A stretch of 64,000 nt of DNA from Azolla caroliniana (taxonomy: Eukaryota; Plantae; Polypodiophyta): NCBI GenBank assembly GCA_043228905.1, contig JBHGNT010000018.1, positions 16,182,001-16,246,000 on the forward strand, read 5' to 3'. The stretch's first letter is position 1, and each line of letters opens with the position of its first letter. The notes beneath the pieces are model-generated. The model searched no databases. It was given only the letters and a program-made list of their open reading frames with translations, and was not told where the DNA came from. This document shows, one piece after another, positions 1 through 12,962 of this stretch. Both the position numbers and the translations under genes were made by a program.

Positions 1-849
1 TGTACATGCTCATGTCGATGAAGCACTGGATGTACGCCGTTGTCTTCATGTGCATTAGCTCCCATATTGCGGCATCAATCTTATCCGGTTTCTTGTCCCC
101 GAACTGTACCAGCAGCTAGAGATCTTTTACCACGAGCATGTCCCTCATCTTTGGCTTCCACACTGGGTAGTTGGAGCCGTTGAGCTTGAACATGCTTCCG
201 AATGACCATTCCCTTGTAAGCTCTGATACTAGCTTGTAGGAAATAGCGCGGAATATTGCTCGGCCACAACTGAGTCTTGAATCACTTCGATGAGAATCAA
301 ATGCAAAAATGGGAAGTGGGGAGTGAAGGCATCTACACACAAACAACGGTAGAGAACACAGGATGTTAATGTGAAAACCCCTAAATGGGAAAAACCACGG
401 GAGCCTACAAACTCCAAACTATCACTATATGAGAAAGGTACAAGCAGAGACTCGGAGGCAACGACCTCGAGCTTTATGTCTTCGCGGACCGGCGGTTACA
501 ACAGAAAACTCGTTGTGTGTGTGTGTGTGTGTGTGCACGTCTCTCTCTCTCTCTCTCTCTCACTCACTGTGTACACACTCTATCAACAACCCTCATCACA
601 TAAAGTGATTGCCCTAAGTCATCTTTATACTTATATGACTTTAGGCCTATTTACAAATATAGCCTCGATGGGCTCACAATGAAACATATTTACACATATG
701 TTCTTCGATCTGGTTTGCACCGGATCCATTCGGATTCACTCAATCTGGTTTCCAGGTCTCATCCATAACCCTTCCGGATCCGGTTCCTTCATCCAACTTG
801 TCCGCTCCGGCTCGTCCAAATCCCATCCAGAGGCACCGAATTCCCAACA
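1..849 (-). mobile_element. 5' end of a Ty1/copia LTR retrotransposon (5' LTR ~235-849, PBS 220-231, start of gag running off the window)
   Basis: Minus strand: LTR starts TGTTGGGAA at 849 and ends ..CCTACA at 235. It is followed by TAGTATCAGAGC (tRNA-Met PBS variant) and a gag-like ORF (MFKLNGSNYPVWKPKMRDMLVVKDL). It interrupts the RNase H end of the element at 850+. Confidence 0.8.
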
Positions 850-3801
850 AGTTTTTTGGCTGACAACACCTTCATCCGCATGTCCGATCCATTCTCAGTC
901 GTGTGAAACTTCATCAGAGCAAACTCCTTTTCTTCTACTCACTCTTGGAGCCAATGATATCTTCTCTGGATGTGTTTGGTCCTCGAATGGTAGGTGGCAT
1001 TTTTCGCAAGGTGGATGGCACTCTGGTTATCGCAATGGAGTTGGAATTCCTCCTGGCGAATTCCCAGCTCACCGATAAACTCCTTCATCCATATGATTTC
1101 CTTGCCGGCTTCCGATGTGGCCATATATTTGGCTTTCGTGGTCGACAGCGCCACGGCCTTCTACAGCCTCGATTGCCACGAAACGACTCCCCCCTGCATA
1201 AGTCACTATGTACTCGGACGTGGATTGGCTAGTATCCACATCAGCCAACATGTCCGGGTCAGTATAACCTTCCAGTGTGGGGTTACCCGAACTGAAACGA
1301 AGACACACGTTCAAGGTGCCTTTTAGGTACCAAAGTAGCCACTTCACGGCAGCCCAAAGCTCTCTTCCGGGGTTGCTCATATATCGGTTAACCACGTCGA
1401 TTGCGTATCCTATGTCTGGCCTAGTACATACAGTGAAATTATTTCTAGAATTCAAGTTATTCGACACTAGAAGCATATAAGGTATTCACATCCGGAGGTC
1501 AAGAACACGAACCAAGGTCTTGAGGATAAGTCAAACTAAAAGCAAAATACATGGAGAAAAGTAAAAAAAGAAAAAAGCGGGCCACCAAAACAAAGTCTGA
1601 AACTAACGCTTATAACTCTTTCGTTTGGAATCCAAATATAATGTGCAAATATGGGTTAGAAAGCTTGTGAAGTCAGCTATATGTAGCTTTTTAAATCACT
1701 AAATGTGGAGCTTGCATGAGGGAGATATGATTATTAGAAGATCGTTGTGTCATAGCTAAGAATAGGAGATGGAAAAGCTCTAAAATAAGTGTGGAAAAGA
1801 AAGCAAGGGAAACTTATCTAGTAGAGGAGAACTTCATATAAAGCAAGAAGAGTAAGGTGGTGGAAAGGGGGGTCTCTTTCTTGTGGTGATTTCTTTCCAA
1901 TTCATGTAGTGTTGTTAGAGTTCTTATCGATAGATATTTGTAGTTGTATCTTCTTTCTTCCTTCCTTCTATCATGATCATTCATGATCAAAAGATCTTTG
2001 TAGTTTTAGATTTATATATCTTCTTTATCTTTTCATTCTATCATCACTCTTTCACATATCATTGCGTACATCAGGCTTCCGACTGCCTTTCACATCTCTG
2101 CCTTCTCAATTTTCAATTTTGGACATTGTTCTTTTCTTAGCTTGTAGTTTGTCGGCAGTGTCGAGTCAACCAGTTTCACGCTTTCCATGCTGAATCTTTG
2201 GAGCACCTTTGTCAGGTATTTTTCTTGTGACAGCCACAATAATTTCTTTGTTTGATCCCGAACAATGTGCATCCCCAGGATTTGCTTTGTCGGACCTATA
2301 TCCTTCATCAAAAACGATCTGCTCAAGGCCTTCTTTAGCACTTGGATCTTCATATGGTCTCGTTCGACAATTAGCATGTCATCCACATACAACACAAGGA
2401 TGAGGAAATCTCCTCCGTCGAATTTCTTCACAAATACGCAGTGATCGGCCTACGTTTTGTGGTACCCATTGTCGGTCATAAAGGATTCGAACTTCCGATA
2501 CCATTAACGAGGAACTTGCTTTAGTCCGTATAGGCTCTTCCTTAATCGCATACCAGGTTCTCTTTGCCTTTCTCTACAAATCCTTCTAGCTAGTGCATAT
2601 AGATCTCCTCTTCGAGATCACTGTGCAGAAATGCCATCTTGACATCCAATTGCTCGACTTCGAGATCCATGCTGGTCGCAATGCTCAACACAGTTCGGAT
2701 TGACGTCATCTTTACGACCGGGGAAAATATTTTGTTGAAATCGACACCCTTCTTTTGTTGAACGCCTTTCACGACAATTCGTGATTTGTACCTAGGTGGA
2801 TTTTCGTCATCTCCTGGTTTCAACTTGTATACCCATTTATTCCGAAGTGCCCTCTTTCCTCTTGGCAGTTCGGTCAGTTCATATGTGTGGTTCTCATGCA
2901 AGGAATCCATCTCCTCTTGCATGGCAATCAACCACTTCCGGCTGTGGGTATCTTCCTTAGCTTCTTCAAACCTTTCCGGATCCCCCTCATCAATTAGCAG
3001 TACACGCTCTTCATCCGGAAATCTTCGGGGGGGCCTCCTTTCTCTTAAGGGGTATCTACGGCCTCCATTTGACACGGTCGGTTCTTCTTCGACTTCTTCG
3101 GCTGATTCGAATTTAGTTCCTTGTTTGGCTGTTTCCCCTCGCTCTTTAGTCGATTCTCGATTTTGCCGAGTATTAACTCGGCCAACTAGCTCGGATTCGA
3201 TTTCGATCGAATTGGCTTCTACTCGATTCAGTCGAGCGTCGACTCAGCTCGATTCGGTAGTTGGAGACTTATTCTCAATCTCCTAGTCGACTATTGTCTT
3301 TTCCTCCATGAAGACAATGTCGCGACTCCTGATCACTTTCTTCTCAGCTAAGTCCCATAGCCCATAGCCAAATTCATCATTGCCATAGCCGAGAAATATG
3401 CATGGCCAAGATTTCAGGTCCAACTTCCCCCTTTGGTCCTTTGCCACATGTACATAAGCAAGACAACTAAACACCCTCAAATGTCGATATGATACATCTT
3501 TGCCACTCCACACCCTTTGTGGAATAGCATCGTCCAAGGGTACTAAGGGTGATTGGTTTATCATGTACGCTGTCGTCATCGGCGCCTCAGCCCAGAACAT
3601 CTTCGGTAACTTAGCATGTGCAAGCATACTTTGGACCCTTTCCATTAAGCTCTAGTGTCTTCGGCACAATATACTCGAGCCGGATTCCTTGATTTCAGCA
3701 ATATTCCCCAAACGGTCCACAATACTCTCTGCCATTGTCCGCTCAGACTGCCTTCCGTTTTCGGCCGGTTTCTCTCTCGGCCCTCGCTTGGAACTCTTTG
3801 A
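850..3801 (-). mobile_element. Degenerate, 5'-truncated Ty1/copia pol (integrase-RT-RNase H), interrupted by a solo LTR
   Basis: ORF fragments: integrase (LPKMFWAEA, CIFLGY), RT (KWVYKLK, QLDVKMAFLH, LVLYVDDML, CTRPDI), RNase H (CDNQSAIHLAKN, RTKHI). Frameshifts and stops present. Confidence 0.9.
1432..2054. mobile_element. Solo-LTR-like insertion (~620 bp) in copia RT
   Basis: Splits the YAM(I/V)|CTRPD motif. Terminal inverted TGAAA..TTTCA. Near-perfect 5-bp TSD CATAC (1427-1431)/CATAT (2055-2059). TATA-like TATAAA near 1837. Confidence 0.7.
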
Positions 3802-5602
3802 AGCTCGTCTCGTAGCGAAAGGTTACACACAGACACACAATTTCGACTATGAAGAGACCTTTGCCCCAGTAGCAAAGATGAGGACTAATTGAACCGTGAT
3901 TGCACTCGCAGCAACAAAAGGGTGGCACCTCCATTAGATGGATGTAAAGAATGCCTTTCTACAAGGTGAATTAGAATATGTGTACATGGTCCAACCACTT
4001 GGCTTCAAATCCAGTAATCATCCGAAAGTAGTTTTCTGACTAAAGAAGTCGCTCTACGGCCTTAAGCAAGCACCACATGCTTGGCATTCGAAGATAACAC
4101 AATATCTTCACCAAATCATGACAAATTCCGACAATTCCTTCTACGTAAGAAGCGATTATGGAAGCTCTATTGTCATCATCCTATGCGTGGGTGATCTAGT
4201 CATTGGAGGTGAGCATCTAGTCGACATCAACAAGGTCAAGTCCCTCCTCTTCGGCAAATTCAAGATGACAAACATGAAAGAGCTCCACTACTTCCTCGAT
4301 ATAGAAGTAATTCATACCTCGAATGGCATCATGATCTCCTAGTGGCATTACATTTTGAACCTACTGTATAAGTTCCAAATGACTGAGTGTAAGTCTGTGG
4401 CAACCCCTCTCGACCGAAACCTAAAGCTAGCTGCCAACTCCAGCACAGAAGAGTGTGAGCCTACTCAGTATCGGAAACTGATCGAATGCCTTATCTATCT
4501 CACAATCACTCCACCTGGCCTCAACTATCCAGTCTATCTCCTTAGCCAATTCATGAAAAAACCACATGACATTCACCTAGATTGTGTTAAGCGAGTATTA
4601 TGATACGTGAGCGGGACCTTAGTTTATGGCATTCTCTACAAGACCGCAATGTTGATTCAACTCAAAGGTTTCACAGATGTTGATTGGGCCGGCTACAGAG
4701 CCAGCCAATGGTCAATCTCAGGGTTCGTCTTCTCTCTCGACAGTGGAGCCATCTCCTGGAGTAGTAGAAAACAACCAACCGTCACACTTTCAAGCACAGA
4801 GGCCAAATACAAGGCACGGTTGTGGTTGCATGTGAAGTCGTATGGCTTAAGCAAACTCTAAAAGACCTTGGCATCTCCATCAACGACCCAGTCCTAATCT
4901 ACAACAACAATCTTAGCAAAATCCACTTGGCTCGAAACCCAATATTCCATGCTTGGACAAAGCACATCGAGATGCACTACCACTTCATTCGAGAACGTGT
5001 CATTGCAAGGGATGTCGACCTTCAACATATCAGTACCAATCTTCACACGGTTGACATCTTCACAAAAGCTTTGGGGACCGACAATCTTCGGCAATTTTTG
5101 ACCTACAACTTGCCAAGCTTGAGGGGGGGTGATAGCCAACCTAACAGCTGACTCAATCATGACATAGTTGAGTTTGAAGGGGCGTGTTGAGAATCAAACT
5201 TAACCTAGTCTATTGTGTGAACACACCTTTTGAGAATGTATGAGCACTCAATGGTCAAATGTCACCACTACTCTCTAAACATTAAATATGTGTCATAGAA
5301 TTATATTCAATGACACATAACTAATGAGTTCCCACATTCCCCATGACACATGAGCTTCTATAGTTGTTAGAGAAAGAGTGGGTGTTTTAGTGAGAGAATG
5401 TAGAGAGAGGGTGACTCCCCTCCTTCCTTTGTACATTTGAGTCTTCTATCTTCTATCCATATGTCTTGTGTCTCTTGTCCTCACAAACACACACACATCT
5501 AAACTATACCGCTGAACATAATTACTCAACGTATTTATTTACCGTTTCTCTATGTTGTTAGTCTATATTACGCAACTCCTTTCAAAGTGAATATTATCAA
5601 CA
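3801..5602 (+). mobile_element. 5'-truncated Ty1/copia element (RT-RNase H, PPT, 3' LTR 5185-5602)
   Basis: [63 protein letters not shown] at 5176-5184. LTR TGTTGA..TCAACA (418 bp). Internal region related to the 19625-24733 element. Confidence 0.9.
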
Positions 5603-5914
5603 CATTCTCATATGTTGCCCTATATTAAACACTTATCAAGAAATCAAATGTGCAACATTATTCAAGTAAATTATATCCAATATTGTAAAGCACATTCTAT
5701 TAAAACTTAGTTTAGAACTCAAAACATATGGTTATCTAACAAGCAATCAAAATAAATTTATTGCTTGGGTTTACAATTAGTGAGTGAATGGGTATTCATA
5801 TAGCATTGTGTTTATTTCTATAAAAAGACATCCAATTTTGTCAATGAAATCCCTCCCTCCATTGGCATTTCAAGAGACAATCCCTAACTTCAAAACAAAT
5901 AATCATGTCTCAAT

Positions 5915-6358
5915 TAACAATTGGCAATGGTTCGGTTTGGTTCAAGAGTGTCCAAACCAAACCACGAAATTGTTAAACTAAACCATTAGGTATAAATCCA
6001 AACTGTTAAACCATTAAACCGCTAAAACCACGGTTTCGTGGTTTGGTTTTGGTTTTCAACTTAGGTCAAAATTTTAATTTTTTTATTATTTCAAATTTTA
6101 ATTTTTCAAAATTTTAAAGATTTTTCCTAAAATGTGAGAATTAGGCTTAAAAATGATAAGGTTATTTAAAGAAACAAATTTAAAATTTTATTAAAAAAAT
6201 TATAAATTATTTAAAAACCATCAAACTGTTAAACCCAACCACGGTTTCAAACCCTTAAAACCGAACCGTTCACCCCCAAACCGAACCGAACCATTTAAAT
6301 CGTTAAGTCGCGGTTTCGCGGTTCAGTTCGGTTCAAACTGAACCGTTGCCGATTGTTA
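5915..6358. mobile_element. Non-autonomous hAT-type MITE (444 bp)
   Basis: ~25-bp TIRs TAACAATTGGCAATGGTTCGGTTTG / CAAACTGAACCGTTGCCGATTGTTA. Perfect 8-bp TSD GTCTCAAT (5907-5914, 6359-6366). AAACC subterminal motifs and AT-rich core. Confidence 0.9.
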
Positions 6359-9300
6359 GTCTCAATTTCCATTTTTATCATAGGATACTTCAAAATTAGT
6401 CTTCCTTTACCTCACAAAATGAGCATTCATTTTTTGTCCACAAAAACGAATGTATCTAAGAAAAGGGATACTCATGTTGATTGTTCCATCACATAGTTCA
6501 CTTTGATTTTATACACAACTTTGATCCTCTTAATACTCACTTGTCTTCTTCCTCTTTCCTCCTACAACTTACATCACATTAACTCTTACCATCTTTCTTG
6601 TTCCCCCTCTATCAATCACTTTTGCAACCGTCTTCAATGTTGGTTAAGAAGCTTTATGATGGTAAAATGCTTCACCCTCATGTATATACTATCTAGTAGC
6701 TTAAGTGCATGCGCAAGAGGATCTAATTATCAAATTACTATCAATATTAAAGGACACCTCAAGTGAATGTAAACAAATTTACTAGCTAGTACAAAAGCTA
6801 CAACTTTTGTGTTCTATATATACTGTTTTTACTCTAAATAACCTACTAGGCTTCTCTTGCAAATAAGCTTCTTGGCATGAGTTGTACAATTTGTCTTCTT
6901 CCTTATTTACCAATTGTTCCCTTTGGCAAAATTTGTATTATTTCGTTAAGAAAACTCTTATTTTATGAAAAACAACACATTTAAGATTTTTCCATGCTTT
7001 ATGGCTATATAAATTTATAATGTATTTATTTGGTTCTATTAAGTTTGGAATTTCAATAACTCTATGACACCTTTATCTCAACCATTTGGTGATCTTTTTT
7101 TCTCAAAGAAAATCATTTTATTTATGTTTTTACATGCAACGTGTGCCCAATTACTAAACAATCAATACTTTAATATTACCATTTGTGTAGGTTCTATATG
7201 TGCTTGATAGTAGTGCATACTTGGACACTATAGGCAAGAATGGCTTATTGTCCTTTACACCAAGGACAAGCAATATATAAATTTTGTAAGAATATAGACC
7301 TTTTATCATCAAAGGAAAACCATGTTAACAGTATATTAATATGCTCCAAACTCTTAGTTGTAAATAAATCTATGTCTATTATGTTGTGATGACCCATAAC
7401 CATAACTACATTGGCAAGTGTAGTAGTTGTTCTAGCCATAGTTAAGGAGGCATAACACAAGGGGTTAAGGTGTGAGAGTTTCTCAAACTTCAACAATGAA
7501 TTCGAATACCACCTCATGAAATTTCATATGTGTGGGTGGTCGAGCATTGTTAAGTCTAATAACCATTTATAGGTGAAACAGTTTATTTTCATTGCCTTTG
7601 GGCTATTGTATTGTTTCCAACTGATGGGTTGTAAGAAACAAATACAATAGCTTGAACACAATGCAAATAAACTTTCAATTTTATTTTTTATAGTGGACCC
7701 TCATTGCTCCAAACTAACCTGAAGTTAGCATTATCATTGCATTACAATGGCTATATGTGAAGTATCCAATCCATATGCAATAATGCTAGTTTTAACTCTA
7801 GTGATCAAACTACTAGCACTTCATATAATTTTTAGTTGCTTCAATTTACCATTTGAAGCTCCTTACAAAAATATTTCATCTTCCTTTTGTCCTGAACTCT
7901 CTCCAAATTTGCAAGATATTCTTCAAGTTATAATTTTTAGACAAGTGCTTGTTTTTTATAAAACAATATCATTTTTTATTTTACTTTTATGCAAATCAAA
8001 GATAGTGTATACAATTAAAAGAGCCCTATCCAAAAGTAATAATAAAACACTTTGAAATGAACCAAAATTAATAACTACATGCAAAGGAACACAACATCTA
8101 GATTCTATGATGAATATGAGGTGATGATATTTATTGTCCTCATAACACCATAAAAGTGATTTATGGAACCTTGAAAGAGTGTTTCAAGAGTTTCCACTAT
8201 TGAGGTTGCTAGATGTGGTAACAGATGAAGGCATTGTCAAATGGCAATGAATGCTTTAGATCATAGTGTGAGATGCTCTTCATATTTGTTGTCCTCGTTA
8301 GGGTATACACATAAAGAGAGATGATAACCATAACAATACATTAACATCATTAGAAGGCCAAAAACATGAACTTTGGGAGTTGAAAATTGTTTTGCAAGGC
8401 AAAGGCATTTTGCTAGGGTTGAGGCCTCATTCCTTCTTTTAAGATCATTCTTCTGTTTAATAAGAGAGCATATAAATGTGCCTAAGAGGAATGACTGAAC
8501 ATGCCCAACTTGGGCAAGTTGTGTGAGGTTGTTGAAGATGATAACCTATGGCAGGGAACACTATCGTGAATGTTTCATATCGTAGTGTGAGATGCTTCCC
8601 ATTCTTGATCTCATGATGGATAAGGTTTGCCGACGCAATTTGCTCTAGTGGGCATTTCCAAGCTTCATTTTCGATTTCAAGATCATACTTATGTGCATAG
8701 AGAAATTTTGATTGCTCTTCTCACTTAAAATATCATGGCTAAAGGTAGATGGATGGATTTTGTTATTATCGTCGAAGGTCTAATATGATCTATCGGTCAA
8801 TCAGTGGAATCATTTTTACATCCAATAGTTACTCTGGATGTTCAAGAATTTAAATGATAAATGTTGCAATTGATGGTGTAAATTGTGTTTGTGAGAGAAA
8901 TCTATGTATGAACTGGATTGAGATATGTAGAAAACATACTTGAATGTGGTCGAAAGCACCATTCATTGTATCAAAGTGATTCTTAAACTCACACACTTGT
9001 TTGTGGCAAATATGCATAGGGGAAAGACAAAGACATAGAGATTCTATAAGTGTAGTGTCAAAATCTTTGTTTCAATGGGTGGTTGGTTGTGTGCAATTGA
9101 TAATGCCTTCTCAACACTTTGAGATATTCTTTTAGTATCTAAGGTGTTGGAGATTATGGTATAATTGGCAAATGTGAAATGCCTCTATTTTTTATATAAC
9201 GAATATGGGGTTGAAAAGTGTATTCGATAATTAAAAGACATACTAATAAATGATAATTTTCCTTATTGGAAACTTATGGGAGGTTGTAAGATGAGCAATT

Positions 9301-9496
9301 AGAGATTTGTAGGCTAGCAAGACATCATGTTTGTCATTTGCATTGGCCTTTATCACTTGGGACTATATACCCCTATAACGATGGATGCATCTAGATAGAG
9401 ATGAGAGGTGTCACGAGAGCAGTCATTGATTGATTTTGTGGTGATTACAAAGGATATTGTAGCCCATGTATTATTATAACTCGATTGATGCTACAA

Positions 9497-9498
9497 GA

Positions 9499-9532
<34 letters not shown>

Positions 9533-9799
9533 AGAGAGGGAGAGGGAGAGAGAGAGAGGGAGAGGGAGAGGGAGAGAGATGGGTTTATAATGAGATGGGG
9601 TTTTCATGTGATCAAGACAGGTTGGTATTTTGGATTGATGCTACAAGCCAAGTCACATATCATCATATTTGACCCTTGAATTGGTGTGTAGGGTGGGATT
9701 GAGTTTGTAGTAGTAGTATTTAGATCCATAGAAGGGTTCTATACTTTTTTGTCAATTTGTCATAGTGGTGTTTTCTCTTTTGTAATGAAAGCCATTATT

Positions 9800-9847
<48 letters not shown>

Positions 9848-10155
9848 ATTTTCCTATTTTTGAGATATTGGGGATTGCATCATAATTGTCATACACACAA
9901 TGCTTTTGTATTTGATGGTAGGCATGAAGTAAAAGCATATCTATGAAAGTTGAAGGGAGTACTAATGTGGCAATTTTCTTTATTGGAGCAAGTGAAAATT
10001 CTTTCTTCAGTGGAGTGTTCGACTTGCCTATTGGCAATTCAACATGTTCCACTACCCATGTAGTGTAATTAGTGGATGACCATACTCCATTGTGACAACC
10101 ATTGTAAGTAGTTTTTTTCACACATTTATGGATATAATTGTGTGTTTTCACCAAA

Positions 10156-10204
<49 letters not shown>
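9497..10204. repeat. Cluster of (GA)n microsatellites
   Basis: GA runs at ~9497-9579, ~9804-9845 and ~10158-10204. Confidence 0.9.
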
Positions 10205-10207
<3 letters not shown>

Positions 10208-12079
10208 CATAAAAGACAAAGAGATATATCCCTATAGAGAAATGAATTTGATCAAGCGCACATTCTTTTGGAGATACAATGGCAAAAATGAAATTTGGTT
10301 TATTTAATTTGTGATACATGACTAGATACACAATTTTTTTAATAGAATGACATGAATGGAATGTTGAGAAATAGTAAGGATGAAGTGAACACAACATTCC
10401 ATTTAAATCTTTGGACCAACCCTAAATTCCAATATATGCAAAAGAAAATCTAAATATTTTGGCATCTCATTGTACTAGATTGGTGTCAACTTTAGGCATT
10501 GTATGCATATGAAAGTTGTAACTTTATCGTAAGTGGGTTGGGTGTGGAGCTTGTGGAGGTTAGTTCAACTCAATGTCATGTCTCATACTTTTGGAAACTA
10601 GTCTGGCATGGCTATGAAAAAGGAGATGCGAGATGGTGACATAAACAAAACCTTGATCTTTTATATGACTTAGTTGGCCCAATAGTGGTAATTACAAATA
10701 TGATAGTAACACAAAAGTATAATAGACATTTAAAGTTAGTAAAAGATGCACACATAATCTAAAATAGGAGTTGCTTTTAACTAAATAAGCATAAATCAAT
10801 TATAACAATTGTATAAACATTGAGAAAACACGTATAAGACGCCCATGTTTCGATATATTCGTAGTGTCGGCATATCACAAATGAGATCAACAACAATAAT
10901 AAATAATATATTATATAGCCAAAAGCTAGCATATCTCGAACAAAAGAATAAATCACAACAATAGAGGCCATAATGCTTGTTCCTTCACAAGATTGCAACA
11001 ATTACACACTTTCAAAAGTAATGTTACAACATACCACGCAAGGCACTACGATGGTTGTACAAAAATCCTGCTTGGGTAAGTGGTTGCAACAATGTTCATC
11101 GAAGCGCTTCATTTGATAAATTTTGCCAAAATACTTATTGTATCAAAAGAGGGATATTGACAAACTCTATGCGGGCCACTATTCTCTTTGGATTTTGTCT
11201 ATCATCCAATGTCTCATTCAATGGTTGGTAAATGGAAGCATCTAAGCGTTGACCACACCCTGAGTACACAAACCATGAAAGTCGGGTCAAACACGCTCTA
11301 TGTAGCCCAAGAGGTCGAAATACCTCTTTCTGTATTAAACACAAACCCATTTTCTTGCTATATTCACAATTAGTTGTTTTCAATTTGATTGTTGATGGCA
11401 CAAAAAGTTGACGCAACTAACAATACAACGCTTCTTCATAAGAGCATAAACCATGGAAGGTTAAGGGTAAACACTCTCTTTTTGGATACATAGTACCTCA
11501 ATTTTCTATTCTCAATCATCAATTTATCACATGACTGGCTATTTTTTTACGTTTACATGCTATTTGGTGGTCTCAGTGCGGATCTTGTCTGGATCGAAAT
11601 AGTGTGAAATCATCTAAGATACAGAATTGTCCCCAAGACCTAAAGAATGAAAGGGTTTGGGGACACCCTCTATGTATATCAATTACTATTTCCCTAGACC
11701 ATTGCAACCCAACTTGGTCTGAATCATATCTCAATCGAAAGAGGCGTGAAAGCATATGAGGGCAAACAACGCCTCCTTGACAACCCTAAATAATGGCCAT
11801 GGGTCAAGGGGCACGATCTGTTGCTAGAGTTATTCCCCAAATCTAGGGGCACAATTTGTTGTTAAGAGCTATTCTCCAAATCGATGTGCACCGAATCAGA
11901 GGCAAGGGAGAGAGGGGGTCGAATAGAAGTAGTCTTCTCGAACCAGTAGGAAACATGAGGAATCCAGGAAACATGAGGAATCCAGGTTCGACCAGGGCCA
12001 GACCATGAATTACCCGAGTGAAATCCTTGTTTTGTTTTTAACAATCAAGCAAGAACCAAGTCCATGAAGAGAGGAGATA

Positions 12080-12408
12080 AGCAAAACCACAAGAAAACAA
12101 ATGACCTAGAAAAAGCAAAAAGCAAAAAGAGCAAAGCAGAAAGCAAGAGGAAAAAACAAAAAGAGCAAAGAGCAAAAAGCAAAAAGCAAGAAAGAGCAAA
12201 AAGCAAAAAAGATCAAAGAGCAAAAAAATAGAAAGCAAAAACAAAATAAAAAAACAAAAAATAAAAGAGCAAAAAACAGAAAGCAAAAACAAAAAGTAAG
12301 AGAGCAAAAAAGCAAAAGTGTAAAAAGCAAAAAAACAGAAAGCAAAAACAAAATAATAATAATAATAACAAAAAGTAAAAGATCAAAAAGCAGAAAGCAA
12401 AAAAGCAT
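12080..12408. repeat. A-rich low-complexity repeat (AAAAGC/AAAAC-like units)
   Basis: Degenerate short A-rich units. The overlapping Phe/Leu/Cys-rich ORFs are artefacts. Confidence 0.85.
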
Positions 12409-12563
12409 TAAGGATTGGAAACCATATAAATTATTATCTCTTTAAGCAAATGCTTTATCCTTATTTTTCTTCTCTGCAGGAGCAGAGTCTCTCTCTCTCT
12501 CTCTCTCTCTCACAGTTGAACATTGATACAGACAGAGACAGAGATTCTTTACCCATAGCCAGA

Positions 12564-12614
<51 letters not shown>

Positions 12615-12962
12615 TCTTGAAGAACCAGAGAACAACAGATCGAAGAACAAAAGAAAGAAATATCTGCTTCAATCTCCATAGCCAGGAAAGAATCGGAGAA
12701 GAGCAGATCAAAGGAAAGAAAGAGAAAGAAGGGTCTTTGAATCAGCCCAAAAAGTAAGGGAAGGAGAAAGAGAAGGACTTAGAAGAAGACATGGATGGGT
12801 TGTTCTGTTTCTCCCATTTACTCGAATTAGTGCAGATTTGAGGAAGAATCAGAAGGGGGAAGATCAAGGAGGAGGAAGAGGAGGAAGAAGAAGAGGACCA
12901 AATTAGTGCAAATTTAAGGAAGAATCAGAAGAGGGAAGATCAAGGAGGAGGATCAGAGAGGG

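Noticed and set aside
7700-9400. Possible decayed TE coding sequence
   Set aside because: No diagnostic motif could be read with confidence.
12038-12408. Hydrophobic Phe/Leu/Cys ORFs resembling membrane proteins
   Set aside because: Artefact of the A-rich simple repeat.
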